Shown: one piece after another, positions 34,030 through 48,665 of the stretch
Numbering within the stretch: the first letter of the stretch is position 1
How the letters are laid out: every line of letters begins with the position of its first letter
Assembly (NCBI RefSeq): GCF_026210795.1
Contig: NC_089432.1
Coordinates: forward strand, 2,232,001 to 2,296,000
DNA length: 64,000 nt
Origin: Rhizophagus irregularis
Taxonomy: Eukaryota
Reading direction: 5' to 3'
The notes under the pieces: generated by a model
The model's database searches: none
What the model was told of the DNA's origin: nothing
Seen by the model: only the letters and a program-made list of their open reading frames with translations
Program-made: the position numbers and the translations under genes

Positions 34030-36171
34030 TTAATGAAACTTATATTAATAAACAAACTTGTGAGTATTTTATTTTTTACACTTTGTGGTAATAACTAATA
34101 AAATAGAAAATCCAAAAAATTAACTTAATGTATAATTTCAAATTTTGTAGTATATCAAGTTTAAAAATTGAGGGATTTAATGAGTGACGTTTATCTGAAT
34201 ATCAGAATATCAGAATATAGTAAATTAAATTATTTAAATGGTGCGCTTCTTAATTAGCTAAATCTCGTCCTAACGAACGGTATTTAATACACGTGTAGTA
34301 CACTCTGACTCTCACTACGTAAAAAAATTATGATAGATTTATGGTTAATAAAAAAATAAGTGTAATTGGTAATATAAATAATATAAATAAATAATAATAA
34401 AAACTAGCTTATTTTAATTGCTGTGCTAATAAAAGTTTGAGTTATTAATATTGCATAGGAGGTACGGTACGTCAGAGCTGAACTTTGTAATATCCTGGTT
34501 TTTAATAATATTGATACTGCGTTCATTTTAAATTCAAAACAATTAATCTTTCCAAATTAAACGATAAAATTGAATTATTCTAACTATTTAATAACTAAAT
34601 AAAAATTTGTTGTGTGTATCACATTATAACACTTAAATAATTAAGTATAAATCGTACTGTCATAATATTTTTTTGAATTATTTCTCTTATTTTAAATTTT
34701 ATTTTATTTAAAAAATATTTCGTTGTATAACTTTTAATGTTGCAAAAATATTAACCAAATGTTGGATACTTCGTTCTTTAATACATAAAATATCGTTGAT
34801 TTCGCAATCCAACTTCTGAATTTATTTCGGGTATATTTTAAGTGAACTATTTGACTATCAAAAAGGTTAAGGTAATTACTGTTTATAACAATATATCAAT
34901 TTAATAATTTTGATTTAGTAAATCTTGTATATATTCTTTAGTTTATTTTACAAAGAAATCGAATTGAATAACGATATGAATTTAATAATAATCTTAACTT
35001 CATGTATAAATGGTAATTTTCAGTTTATATTATGAACCTAATTTCTTTTATTTAAATGTGGAATATGTTATCAAGATTGATATTATTATTATCGAAATTT
35101 ATAAGAAATGATATTTATTGAAGCAAGATATTATCACTATTAATAATTGGTTTTATAATATTCGTATTAAATGTAGTCAATACTTATAATTTGCGTAGTA
35201 GTATAATTACATTTCCTTTGTATTTTTTTTCAAAAAATTTTTCTTATCATACTTTAAGAAATAATATATAATTTATAGAATCATCAACTATCATTCCAAT
35301 AATCAGAGGAATTTTTGAACGTTTTTCAAACGATAAATGTTTTGTTATCATAATTCAAGTAATGCCAAAATTTCCTTTGGAAATTCATAAATACTGTACC
35401 ACAAAATATGAAAAATTTTTTCTTTTTAAATGATGAATGGTGATATTAAATTATTGTTATTTAAAATTAAAATAAGACAAGATTCATTTATTAAAATAAT
35501 AATAAATTTAAATAAATAAATTATCTATCAAACTATTTAATCTGAAAACGTTATGATCGTTTGCATAGCAAGTAATTATTTGCGGATGATATTAATAACG
35601 GGACTTGCCAATAAAGGAAAAATGAGAAATATTACCTAAAACCTTTACATATAACTCAATTTATCTATCGAAAATAGTAAAATATGTTCAAATAAATTTA
35701 CATCTAAGGTTTAAATTTAAATGATATTTTTTTCAATTTTACTTGCGTCTTTAGATATTGAAAAGAAAAATAAAGTTTTGAATAAATTGAAATTGCGTAT
35801 TTTTTTTATAAGTCTATTTCCATTATTAATTGTTTATGAAATTATTTTTTCTAATATAAGTTGAAATAAAAAAACATATGCAGGTCAGAGAAATCGATAA
35901 TTTATTTAACGGATGTTCTAGAAACGTCTACATTGTAATAAATCATATTACGATATTAATAAGGTTTTTTCAAAAATAAAAAAAAAAAATTATGGAAGCC
36001 AGCTGCCAACTAGTTGCATTGGCTTTATTAATAAAATCATATTATTCATAGATTGACTAATTACATTACACATGGGATATGATACAATTACAAAAATTTT
36101 TTGAATACTTCTCATAATAGTATATTATAATAAATTATTTATCTTATCCGATAAAACAATTTTAGACAATA

Positions 36172-37437
36172 CTAGAAGTTACCTGTTGCTCCGCACCGGG
36201 ACCAATAAGTTGTTTAAATAGAAAATTTTAGTATTATAATGTAATACTAAGTAAATTAAAGATGGTTACAGCAGTTTTTTGTTTTATAATTAGGAATTTA
36301 ATATAGGTAATATTTTTTTTTATTTTTTTTAGATTTAATTATAGTATCCCAGGTAACAAGATACTTAGAGCGGCCTGTACAAATCTAATATAGGTAATAA
36401 TTAGTTAACAAAAATTAATAGAATAATATGTATTAAATTATAATTATAATATTAGAATGATATAAATTATATTTGGAATTGGGGTCTTCGATCATGCGGC
36501 AGATTTAATATTTTTGATTGGCCAGATTGGCCACATGATCGCGCATGATTATTTATTTACCGAATCTCATTTTCATTACAGGTTAGAGGTTCGTTTCATC
36601 GGTTCATTCGGTCTTGAGGTATTTTTTCTTTTTTCTTTTTATTTTTATTTCTAACTTACATTCTTACACTTTGTTTCTTACTAACTCTATTTCATTACTT
36701 TTCCTTCCGGTTCTGCAATAAAGGCTCAGTTGTTTTCACTTTACATTTCATTTCTTATTTTTTTATTTTTTTATTTTGTTTCTGTTTCATATTTCGTTTT
36801 TCACTAATTTTATTTCATTTTTTTTAGATCTTTTAGTTCTTTCGGTTCTACAATTAATAAAGGCATGTTTTTTATTTTTATTTATTTTACTAACTTCACT
36901 TTTTTTACTTTATTTTTTACTTGATTTCCTATCATTATCTTTTGCTACCCAATCTCCTATCATGATCATTTTTTTTATTTTTTGTCTCTCATCATTTTTC
37001 ACCTCCTATTACTTCTCATTATTCCATTCTTTTCGTCTCCCATTATTTTCTATTACATCTTTTCATTTTCCATTATTTCTTTTTCTCTCCTGTTTACTTC
37101 CCATCATTTCTTTTTGTCTCTCATCACTCCTTTTCGTCTCCCATCACTCCTCTTCATCTTTCTATCACTCCTCTTCATGTCCTATTTCTCCTTTTTGTTT
37201 CCTATCATTCCATTACTCTTTTTTACTCCTTTCATCTTCTATTCCATTGTTATTTCATTTTTTATTAGCATCTTTTTTCTTGATTATAATAATTTACTTT
37301 TCTTTATTTGTATCACTTTGATTTTTTTCTTTAAAATCATAAATGTGTGATTTAAATTTAATATTTGCAAATAAAATATCATTAGATAAGATTATTTTGG
37401 ATAAATATGTTTGCAAAATTTTTTTTTTTTAAATAGA
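36172..37437 (-). mobile_element. Non-autonomous Helitron-like element
   Basis: Minus-strand 3' end with GC-rich CCCGGTGCGGAGCAACAGG followed by CTAG|T. Shares a CT-rich block (~36990-37420) with 38205-38790. The 5' A|TC at 37437 is tentative. Confidence 0.55.
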
Positions 37438-37745
37438 TCTTTGCGATAAAACTTTTAATCAGCCGTTAGCCGATTAATAAATTTACTCTTAATATATTGT
37501 ACATCATGTGGCATATTTAAAAAAACCCAGGCGACAATCGTCCAGGCGACGTTTAGCAATACCCAATTATGTTTACAATAATGTAGCAATTTATATTAAT
37601 GATTTGACGTTTGAGTGTAGAATGAAATTCGGATTAATTAAGGAATTGTGAAAAATAATTATCAATAAAAATTGATTAATTTTTTAGAATTATTTTCAAA
37701 AAACTTTAATGTCATGTAAATACTACAAATATTTTTATTAATTAA

Positions 37746-38790
37746 CTAGGTGTAACCCGTCGCGCTGCGCCGGGGATAAAACTTGTCAAGAAAAGTAACA
37801 ATGGTATAGCTATATTTTAGAAATAGGCTTAGTATTTTAATAATATTATTTACAGTATGATAAAAATAATCTAATAAATTTATATAATTTACATATTTAT
37901 ACTAATAAAAGTGAATTGTGTATGAATGTTATATATAAAATATTACATATGAAATATTGTTATACATACAAAATGTTATTTTTAAATGTGAAATCTATTT
38001 ATAGAATGAAATATTTCACAGTATTCAATGTTTCTTGTCTTGCAGTTCTCACCATTATCTATAAAAACCTTAACATATAATTGCTCATGTGTAAAGACAG
38101 GTTCAGGTAGGTAAACACCAACCCTGCTCAGAGTTTGCCCTTGTGATTTATTAATTGTTATTGAGAATGCAACACATACTGGAAATTGACATTGATTCAA
38201 AGTAAAGTCTCATTATTTTTCACCTCATATTACTTCTCATTATTCGTCTCCCATTATTTTCTATTACATCTTTTCATTTTCCATTATTTCTTTTTTCCTC
38301 CTGTTTACTTCCTATCATTTCTTTTTGTCTCTCATCGCTCCTTTTCATCTCTCACCACTCCTCTTCGTTTCCCATCACTCCTTTTTGTCTCCAATCACTC
38401 TCTTCGTCTCCTTTTCGTCTCTCATCACTCCTCTTTATCTTCCCATTACTTCTTTTCATCTCTCATCACTCTTTTTCATCATCCATCATGTCCTATTTTT
38501 CCTTTTTGTTTCCTATCATTTCTCATTACTCTTTTTTACTCCCTTTCTTCTTCTATTACTTTCCATTACTCCATTGTTACTTCATTTTTTATTAGCATCT
38601 TTCTTCTTGATCATTGTAATTTACTTAACTTTTTTATTTATTGTTATTGTTTTTTTATTTGTATCACTTCATTAAAAATAAATACAGTGATTTTTTCTTT
38701 AAAATCGAAAATGTGAGGCTTAAATTTTAATATTTGCTTCATTAAATAAGATTATTTTGAATAAATATATTTACAAAAATTTTTTCTATA
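37746..38790 (-). mobile_element. Helitron remnant with PIF1 helicase C-terminal fragment
   Basis: Minus-strand hairpin CCCGGCGCAGCGCGACGGG followed by CTAG|T (37746-37749), downstream of ORF 37982-38200. Confidence 0.8.
37982..38200 (-). pseudogene. Helitron RepHel PIF1-type helicase fragment (motifs V-VI)
   Basis: [39 protein letters not shown] matches the PIF1 consensus QFP...[11 protein letters not shown]...VG.YL..PVF.HGQLYV. Confidence 0.85.
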
Positions 38791-39065
38791 TGTTATAATG
38801 AAAAAAAGTATAAGAAAAATTTTAAATCAACTAAAAAAAAATATATAATCTCGCAAAAATCTGTAAACTTCAATTTAACCAAATAATAATAATTGTACTG
38901 AAAAAATAACAAATGAGATAAATATTAATTGATTAAAAAAGTGAGATTAATACTAATTAGTATTAGCAAAACGCCAGTAATAGGGAACTAAAATTATTTT
39001 TTTTATACTTTAGTAATTAGCATTTGCTGATCAAATCATCTTAAAATAAAAATAAAAATAATACC

Positions 39066-40425
39066 TTGAACGCACACTGCACCCTATCACGTGATTTATA
39101 ATATTTTAAATTTGATTGGCTGATCAGTGTTATCGTTTATTTATTCATCAAATAATCTTATTCATTATTTAATTTTTTTAAATGAAAAGGCTTTTTTAAA
39201 GTTTTTTTTTGAAACAGTTAATAAACTGATATAACTATATAAGTCTTATTGTTTTCTATTACCTTTTTCTGTTGTTAAAATTTATTAATTGTTTCCAGGA
39301 GTCCATTTCATCTCCAGGTGGTGTTCCTATAAAACCATCAAAAGAATGTTAGGAAACATTCTTAAACAAAATTAGCAAAAGAATACAAAAAATCTTTTGT
39401 CTCCAAGAGTCTCTGGGAGGCATTCCTATAAAAAAATTATTAAAAGAACATTAATAGAACATTCTTGAATGAAATTAACAAAAGAAACGAAAAGAAATTT
39501 ACTTTTCGTCTCCAAGAGTTTCCAGGAGACATTTCTATAAAAAAAAAATATTGAAAGAATATTGGAAACATTCTTAAACGGAATTAACAAAAGAGACGAA
39601 AAAATAAAACTTATCTTTCATCTAGGGGATGTTCCTACAAAAAAAATTATTGAAAGAACGTTAGGAACGTCCTTGAATGAAATTAACAAAAGAAACAAAA
39701 GAAACTTACTTTTCGTCTCCAAGAGTCACCAGGGGCGTTCCTATAAAAAAAAATTATTGAAAGAACATTAGAAACATTCTTAAATGGAATTAACAAAAGA
39801 GACGAAAAAAGAAAACTTATCTTTTATCTAGGGGACGTTCCTACAAAAAAAATTATTGAAAGAATGTTAGGAACATCCTTAGTTGAATGAAATTAACAAA
39901 AGAAACAAAAAGAAACTTACTTTTCGCCTCCAAGAGTCACCAGGGGCGTTCCTATAAAAAAAATTATTCAAAGAATGTTAGGAAATGTTCTTAAATGAAA
40001 TTAATAAAAGAAACAAAAAAAGAAAACTTACCTTTCATCTCCAAGAGTCACCAGGAGGTGTTCCTATAAAAAAAATTATTGAAGAATGTTAGGAATGTTC
40101 TTAAACGAAATTAACAAATATAAATGAAAAAGAATTTTACCTTTTGTCTTTAAGAGTCTCCAGGGAGTGTTCCTATAAAAAAAAAATTACGAAAGAATGT
40201 TAGGGACGTTGTTCTTGAACGAAATGAATGGGAAAAAAAATTGAAAAAAACACACCTTTTATTTTTAGGGGTCCATTTCATCTTCAGGGTATTCCTACAA
40301 AAAAAGAGTAATTAAAAAACGTTCCTAAACAAAGTAAAAAATAAAAAATAGATTGATTATCACCAATAAAATTTTAAAATCATGTCACGTGAGTGGGTGC
40401 AGGTGCATTCAAATTTTAAACCCTT
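39066..40425. mobile_element. TIR element containing an array of about ten ~100-120-bp tandem repeats (39300-40330)
   Basis: Left TTGAACGCACACTGCACCC..TCACGTGA pairs with right TCACGTGAGTGGGTGCAGGTGCATTCAAATTTTAAACCCTT, the same TIR type as 2339/13095. The repeat anchor TTCCTAYAAAA recurs near 39324, 39423, 39533, 39632, 39738, 39838, 39949, 40061, 40170 and 40292. Confidence 0.7.
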
Positions 40426-41285
40426 TTATCTATTATTTAAAAAAAATGGGTCATATTTAGATTAGTCATATAAAAAATTTTAAAATTGTATAATGATATA
40501 ATGTTTATTTGTCTGTATTATTGATTTATTATCTGTTTAAATTTTTGGATCGGTAAACCAATATCATGAATACCGATCATTACCATTTATTTATATCATC
40601 ATTTTATCATTAGTACTATGAATGCCGATCATTTTATTATATAATAAATCATTAAATCGTACTATGAATGTTAATCATTTGAAATTATCGTAACTTTATT
40701 ATCAAATTACCAAAAAAAAATATTTTAAAAAAGCTATTATAAAATTAAAATTATCTATAATATTATAATTTCGTATGATTTTACAATTTTATTTGTAATC
40801 TGTAATAAAATTAGTAGACACACATAATAAAATATATTTTTGATCTCTGTTTCATATGATATATCATATAATTTTTTCATTATATAGCACATATTAAAGT
40901 AAGTTAAATTAATATCATAAATACATAAATACTGTTCATCTATATAATTAAAAAAATTCTGTAACATTTAGATTATCTTGTATAAATAATTTGAATTGTG
41001 TAATGGATCTATATTATTATGGTTAAAATTCATTAATCAGTAAATTATAGCATTAATACAAATTGCTAATCATTGCTATTTTATTACTGAAATTAAAAAA
41101 ATTAATTAGCCCATTTATTGATTACAAATACTTATTATAACTATGTACTCTTTTCATAAGTATTCATGTCAGATATTTACTAATTACTCTAATGCACTAT
41201 AATTATATCATTCTAAATATAATTTATATCATTCTACTAATCAAAAAACTGTAACCATTTTTAATTTACTTAGTATTACATTATA

Positions 41286-41469
41286 CAGTCTAACCTCGAT
41301 ATACCGATATTCGATATATCGATATACTATTAAAAACTTGATATACCGATAAAATTTTATTTTCCCACTATATGTGAGGACATATAAATATCGGTATACC
41401 ATTGATATAACGATATTTTCTAAAAATTTCATATATGTCCCGACATATCATTATATAAAGGTTTGACTG
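41286..41469. mobile_element. Tc1/mariner-pogo type MITE
   Basis: TA|CAGTCTAACCTCGATATA ... TATATAAAGGTTTGACTG|TA, with internal CGATAT repeats. Confidence 0.8.
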
Positions 41470-41510
41470 TAATACCAAATTGTTCTTGGCCTATTTAAAC
41501 AAACTCATTA

Positions 41511-41541
41511 GTCCCAGTGCGAAGCAACGGGTAACTGCTAG
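41511..41541 (+). mobile_element. Helitron 3' terminus
   Basis: GTCCCAGTGCGAAGCAACGGGTAACTGCTAG|T, nearly the reverse complement of 36172-36203. Confidence 0.7.
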
Positions 41542-41771
41542 TATATAATTAGTAGTACTGTTAGGCGCAGATGAATCATGCATTACACAATTCAAAGATG
41601 ATTTATACAGGCTAATCTAAACGTTAGAAGATCGACATGAATTTTTTTATTATATTATATAGATTATAAATTTTATAATGATTTCTTATAATTTTATATT
41701 ACATCAATCTTGAATCTGATCATTTCATTTATTATTATTCTTTTGATATCCATTTTACTCATTTTACTTGA

Positions 41772-42533
41772 TAAATTATTAATTTAACTAAACCAATTGA
41801 ATTAAAATCTTTACTCAAAAATCTGGTGATTATTTAGAGAATTTTGAATATGGATTTGATTATAATAATCTATTATTAAATAACAATTTCTTCAATTAAT
41901 TAATTATAAAATATTGTAAAAATATCAATTTTTTTTGATTTTTATGAATTTGAAAATCAAACTATTTATCCAACATTCAATTTAATTGAAAAAACCTTAA
42001 TCATCTTTCTATCAACGTCAAATAATCTTCCTATATGTTACTTGATTTTTTTTTAAAAAAATAATAATTTTGTAAATATATTTAATACAATATTTATTTC
42101 TTTATTTAATAATAATAAAAAATTAAAAAATTTGGGGAAAGAAAAAGGATAAAGAAAGAAATCGGTTTAAAAAAAGGGAAATTTCTGAAAAAAGAAATCT
42201 GAAAAAAAATAAGTACCGAAAAAAATTCCGAAATAATTCGGTCCAAAAAGTGAAAAAAATTTTTTTTTAAAAAATAACAATATGGCCTAAAAAAAAAGAT
42301 CGAAAAAAAATTAATATAAAAAAATCAGTCTTTACCTAAATGGGAAAAGAAGAGAAAAAACAAATTTTTCAAAAAATGAAAAAATTCAAACCAAAAAAAA
42401 GCTAAAAATATTTGGAAAAAAAAAATTGGATAAAAAATTAATAATCAAAAAAAAATTCTTAACTGAAATTGGATTAGTTGATTGGAATGCACATGGATCT
42501 ATGGCATGGGATTTTCAAGTTACACAATTCAAA
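41772..42533 (-). repeat. Inverted copy of the 1460-2205 dispersed repeat
   Basis: Colinear reverse-complement similarity to 1460-2205. Confidence 0.75.
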
Positions 42534-42639
42534 CTATTTATACATGCTAGTCTAAACATTACGGTTACACATTATATTTTTTTTTTTTTTTTTTTTGTAA
42601 ACGCATTTAATTATTTTATTAGTAATTATAACGCATCAT

Positions 42640-43351
42640 TAGAGCTCCAAATGGTCGAGTCGAGTCGAGTTATATGTAAACTCAATTCGACTCGAGTTAA
42701 ATCGAGTCGAGTCGAGTCGAGTTAAAATTATAAAAATATAAACTCGATTTGATTCGAGTCGAGTTGGCCCGTCAAACCAAATCGAGTCGAGTCGAATTAA
42801 ATCACGTGATTTTATTCAGCTATGCCGATCATTTCCTTTTTTGGGGATAGCCATTCCACAAAATTCCATTTTTGTAATTTTAAAAAAATTCCATCTCAGA
42901 TTTTGTGTAACATAATTTCCAAAAAAGGAAATTCCATAAATTTGGCCAGAATTATGTTTAATTCGGCTTAACTCGACTTGACTCGATTTTATTAAATTAT
43001 TAACTCGACTCTAAGGTTGCTTGTCTAAACCTCTTCAAAATCCTACGATTAGTTTCGTCAAAATTTTACTATAGATTTATTATAGTTTTGGCAGAGTTTT
43101 GGCAGTTTCAGCATTTATAATAAGTTTTGGCAGTTTCGCCTTTCTCCAAAGTTTTGCCAGTTTTTTAATATAACTTTAATATAGTTTCGGCAGAATTTCG
43201 CTTTTCGGTGAAATGCCATCTTGCCTAAACCTCTAGGTTTCGGCAAGCAACCTTACTCGACTCGAATCGATTCAATTTGATTATAATTTTCAACTTGACT
43301 CGACTCGACTTGACCAACTCGCGAGTCAACTCGACTCATTTCGGAGCACTA
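42640..43351. mobile_element. hAT-like MITE with (TCGAG)n subterminal repeats
   Basis: TIR TAGAGCTCCAAATG versus reverse-complemented right end TAGTGCTCCGAAATG; 8-bp TSD CGCATCAT (42632-42639 and 43352-43359). Confidence 0.85.
43012..43255. mobile_element. hAT-like MITE nested in the previous MITE
   Basis: TIR TAAGGTTGCTTG; 8-bp TSD CTCGACTC (43004-43011 and 43256-43263). Confidence 0.85.
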
Positions 43352-43374
43352 CGCATCATAATACATAATAATTA

Positions 43375-43918
43375 TATGGTGCCAGAACTCTATACTCAAA
43401 AATGTTTCAAATTTTTAATTTATCACGTGAGAAGCACAATAGCCAATAAAAACCCACAATTTTAGACAAAAAATAGAAAAAACAGATACGAGCATGTACA
43501 AAAAAGGAAAAAAAAGGAAATCGGCTAAAGAATAAAGCAGAAAATAGTATTTATTTAAGAACAATCAAGCTAAAATGGGGTTGAATTTGGACTTTTAAGT
43601 AAATTAAGGACATTTTAAGCCATTTTAAGCCTTAAAATAATTAAATGTCAATACGATTTATGTAAATTCTCATAAAATAAATGCATTTATGTGACTTTTT
43701 GTTTCAAATTTGGGCCAATCATATAAAAATAACCAAATTTCAAACGCTTATAACTTTTTATGTAGATATTTTTTTGAAAATCTGACCGGTAGTTTAATAG
43801 TACTTGTCTTGTAGAACAAAGTTACCGGTTTATTTCTTTGAAATTCTATTCTATTAAAGTGTTGAAAGATTTATAATTATCACAATTTTATTTTTGAGTA
43901 TAGAGTTCCGGCACCATA
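43375..43918. mobile_element. MITE with ~28-bp inverted ends
   Basis: TATGGTGCCAGAACTCTATACTCAAAAA and TTTTTGAGTATAGAGTTCCGGCACCATA. The outer TA is the probable TSD. Confidence 0.85.
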
Positions 43919-45683
43919 ACAATAATACATTGAAATTCAAAAATTATACAATCATGAATCTCTTCATACAAAAGCCTAGGGGTATCTAGTAACTAAGACG
44001 TGAATAAACATAACCAAAGTGAATTAACTAACTAATATAACCTATGATTACTATGTATAAACTAAATTACTAATAACATTATTACCTATTTTATGTCTAC
44101 TAGAGCTTTCTAAATTAAACACATCATATTTCATATTATTTTCTAGATCTATTTTTATTAAATTTTTTATTTTTTTCCTGTTATTTGTTTTTCTCAATTT
44201 TACTACGCCTTCGTCTATATCGTCATCATCTGTAATAGCAGCTTCCGTACTTTTTTTCCTTTTAAGGTCTCTGAAAATCCCCATTTGTTTTTCTATTTCG
44301 ATCGCCTCGTTACATCATTCCACCCATATATGTTTTTGTATTTTAACCAAATATAAGTCAAAAATATCACGTAACACTGACTTATATGACACTTTTTTGC
44401 AACTAGTCATCCACTTTTCATTTATAATTCCTTTCGTAACCTCTCTAAGCATATTATCTAATATCATGATATTCGATTTAATAGTCACAATATCCAATAA
44501 TGTTAATCTAAAATTATTAATCTCATTATCGTCTTCATCTATCATCACATAATTTAGAATTTCCTCGATACTATCTTTGAATAATTGGAATTCGTTGTCT
44601 TTTGCATTATTTTTACCACATGTCTATAAATGATTCCATGACTCAACTTCCAATATACATCTTGGACATTTGTTATTTGAAATTCCCCAGACTTTCCTTT
44701 CATATAAAACTTCATAAGTTGGAAGTATTTTAAAAAAATTTTTAACTCTAAATGACCTAATCGAAGCATCTATGCTATTTGTTATGTTCCTATTCGTTGA
44801 TATTTCGTTATTTATAAGTTTAAGGGATTCTTTCCAATCTATTGTTACGTTCGCACCATTACATTCAATAATACAATCTTTGACGTAATCAAGTAAGACA
44901 ATATCGATCCTGTTTATGTTATTACTAATCTCCTTGAAACATTTTCTATAAGCACCTTCTATAGGATTATAATTCCATCTTAACGCGTATTCATCTATCA
45001 CTATATTGGTATATTTGATGACTACTTTTTTAATTGAATGTTTACATCTAATCAATTCTTTTTTTAGAAATGGTAATTTTACATCCCTCATCGTTACCAT
45101 GGTACTTGTTTTCTTGTTGTTGATTAGTAATTTGATGTTTTTTAGATCTAACATTGTATTAATACAATTAAGAAACATATAACATTGATCATCCAATTCA
45201 TGTCATACGCTTCCTATCTTACTATACTCTATCAACCAATTTAATATTTTAACATCAGTCCTTAAATCTACTATTGTATTATCAGGTATAATAATTAACG
45301 CTATTATTATACCTATGGCATAATTTCTTGTTTTAATAATCTTTCCCTCTACACTAAACTTTTCTATATTACTATTCTTCGCAAATATTTCGATCCCAAA
45401 AAAACCATCTAAATTTAAATCCAACCCTTTTTGTATAATACCTCCTATTTGTAATATAATTTCTTTTCCTATAAAATCAATAAAATTAGTATTCACAAAG
45501 TTTTCTAAAATAGTATATATTCCCATTTCTTCTAATATATTTTTTAACCATAATTTAGCACTTGATCGTAAGATAATATCTTCTTTATCAATAATCATAT
45601 CGTCTATTGGATTACTTTCATTTTGATTTATTGATTTTTTAAAATTATTATCATTTCTTTTGTCAATATTTTGAAGTGTAAAA

Positions 45684-45981
45684 AGGACCCCGGATATCTA
45701 ATATAAAGGTCATAATGGACTTTTGGCCAAAAACACCCCTTTTTGCTGAAACTCAAAAAATCGTTTTTTGTAAATATCTCAGCATCCAGTAATTCAATTT
45801 TAATGAACTTTTTTTTTATTTTGTAGCCCTCATTTAGCTCTACAATATAAAAAAAAGTTCATCAAAATTAGACCACTGGATGCCGAGATATTTACAAAAA
45901 ACGATTTTTTGAGCCCCTGAAAAATGGGCCAATCTGCCGAAAGTGTGACTTATGACCTGTTTTGGAGATATCCGGGGTCCT
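45684..45981. mobile_element. Palindromic MITE with 8-bp TSD inside LINE ORF2
   Basis: TIR AGGACCCCGGATATCT; TSD GTGTAAAA (45676-45683 and 45982-45989); long internal inverted repeat. Confidence 0.88.
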
Positions 45982-48356
45982 GTGTAAAATATGGTTTTAT
46001 ATATTTCATTCCATCTTCATCTTTTTCCCATCTTCCTTGTAATGTTGAAGCAATATCTTTTTCTATATATATAAAACAATATGACTTATTATTATTTTTC
46101 CTACTTATATTGTATTCACAACCTTGACAGTTAATTAAGAAAGGAGAATTATTTGAATTGTTATTATTTTGTAATTTATCATATTCTACCATATGTTTAC
46201 CGATTTCTTCATAGTAATGATGTCATGATTTCTTTGATCTTATACTATAAATACTATTTATGTCATTTTCCTTTTTCCACGTTATTACTTCTTTGTTACT
46301 TTCTTTTCTACTTTTTTGTTTTTCATCTTTACGTATATTTACTATTTTTTCTTTTTCCAATTTTTTTATCAAGATCTCATTATTTAACTCTCATTTTAAT
46401 ATACCATTAATTGTTATATGATCTTTAACAATTTTAAACCACTTTGGTTTAATTCTTAACAATAAATTATTAGTTTTCAAAAAATGTGTCCATTTCATCA
46501 TCTTATTTGTATACGGCTCTAATAATTGTTCAACAAATAAAACACCACAATTTCTAATTCTATTCTTATAAAATTTATATTCATTTTCTAATACTTCTTC
46601 TATTAAGATGTTACCACCTTTGATTCGATGATTTTTAAATAAATCATCTTGATTCTCGTGATCACATAATCTAAAACTTTTCTTCTCTAAAGTTATCAAA
46701 GCGTCTCTGATAAATCTTTTCGTTGGAAATTTAATTTGAGATACTTTTTCAGCGTAACATAATGGCGTCCACACATCTTGTTACAACTGTTCCATTTGTA
46801 TTTTAAATAGTTTTTTTAATGTTTCATTACCATTAGCCATATACATAATATTTTTACTTAAACTTTCTAGTTGTAAACTATATAAATCTTTCACACTGTA
46901 CAAATCTTTATCGTAAATAATACAATTTGGTAATGAGCTGGACATCTTACATTTGTGTTTAATTAACATATTAACTGGAGCCATTAAATGTTTCGCTTCC
47001 GTTTCTATAATCACTACTCCCAATAATTGATATTCCAATGCCGGTATCATATTAATATTCCACAATTTACATACTTGTTTATCTGTCACCACTTTTCTTT
47101 TCATTATCTTCACGAAACCTTCGATCATGTCTTTAATCTTTTTTATATGCACTAATCTATTATTATTATGCGTGAAAAATATTCCAAGAAATCTATTACC
47201 ATCCTTTAAGTTGATTTTCTCTATTTTTTGTCCTTCTATAATCATATTACATTTTTCTGTGTCGTTTATTCTAATGATTTCATATTTTTTGGATTTGCTT
47301 TTATATCATTTAATTTATAGAAACTATGGCATATCTCCAACATGTCCGTCATTTGATCATGTGATCTACTTATAAGTGTGGTATCGTCCATAAACGCGAT
47401 CGCGTTGATTTTAATACTATGTTTCATTATTTTGTCTTCCATTACATCTTCTTTAAATTCTACATCAATTTCATAACCATAATCTTCTCTTTTGTCATTT
47501 AATTTGCATAATAACGGGTTGTAAAAAATTCTCCAAAGTAATGGAGACCATACCTCTCCTTGGTCGATACCGTCTTCTACTTTATATTCTTCAGTTAGAT
47601 CATTATTTACTATTACTCTATTAAACCTATTGTGAGATATATCTAAAACTAAATTAATCCATTGTTCCAGTAATTTGATACGTTCCATAGCTTTCTTTAA
47701 ACTAATCGAGCTGACTGAATCATACGCTTTGCTTATATCCATCAGAACTATCCACATTTCTTTTTTGTTAATGTTTGCATCTTCAATAATAGCCTGTAAA
47801 ATTTTTATTGGTTCAAATGTACTCTCAAATTTTAACGCCGCGTAATTCTTTCCTCTTAAAACTCCATTCTTCGTAATTATATCACTGAGTCGACTAGTCA
47901 GAATTTTTATCGCAATTTTCCTCGCCGTTTCGATTAACATTATAGGACGTGTTAATTTTAGGTCCCTGTTCCATTCCATTGTTTTTTTGATCGGGTATAT
48001 AATTCCATCTTTCCATTCTTTTGGCCATATTCCTTCTTTAATTGCTACATTGATTATATCAATTAACAACTTTTTTGTACTATTTCCACTTTTTTCCAAA
48101 AATCATAAGGGATACCACTAGCTCCAGCCGCTTTATCATATTTAATACTTTTTAAAATTGTGTCATATTCTTGTACTGTTACTTCATCACACAAATGATC
48201 GTAAATATGATCGTCAATTTCTTCTATATGGTCATAATATCATTTCCAATTCCTCTCGTATTCCTCATTATCAAATTTTTTTTCACGAGTCCAATTTTTA
48301 TAATTTTCTTTGACTTCATTTTTTATTTCTTCGTGATTTGTAATCATCTTAATTCT

Positions 48357-48555
48357 CACACGTTAAATGATCAAAAATAGGCAAAAAAAATGGCGCAAAT
48401 CGCATAAACTATTCGCAAATTTGTATAAACTATTTACAAATAGTATAGGTTAATTCGTAAATAGCCAAAAACAGCCAAGAATAGCCAAGAATAGCCAAGA
48501 ATAGCCACTGCTTTTCGCGCCATTTTTTTGCCGATTTTTAGCATTTCGACCTGTG
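48357..48555. mobile_element. CACTA/CMC-like MITE
   Basis: CACA...TGTG ends, imperfect ~40-bp TIR, 3-bp TSD TCT. Confidence 0.78.
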
Positions 48556-48665
48556 TCTATCGCTGTGTTTTTGTTGGCAACTGTCTATTTTGATTTGTCC
48601 TTTCCTTTTATCCATTATTCTAATGATCATTTCTTTTAAATCTGTTGTCATCATATTTTCACGTT

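Noticed and set aside
36776..38716. F/S/L-rich ORFs resembling membrane proteins
   Set aside because: They are translations of CT-rich low-complexity repeat that is open in several frames.
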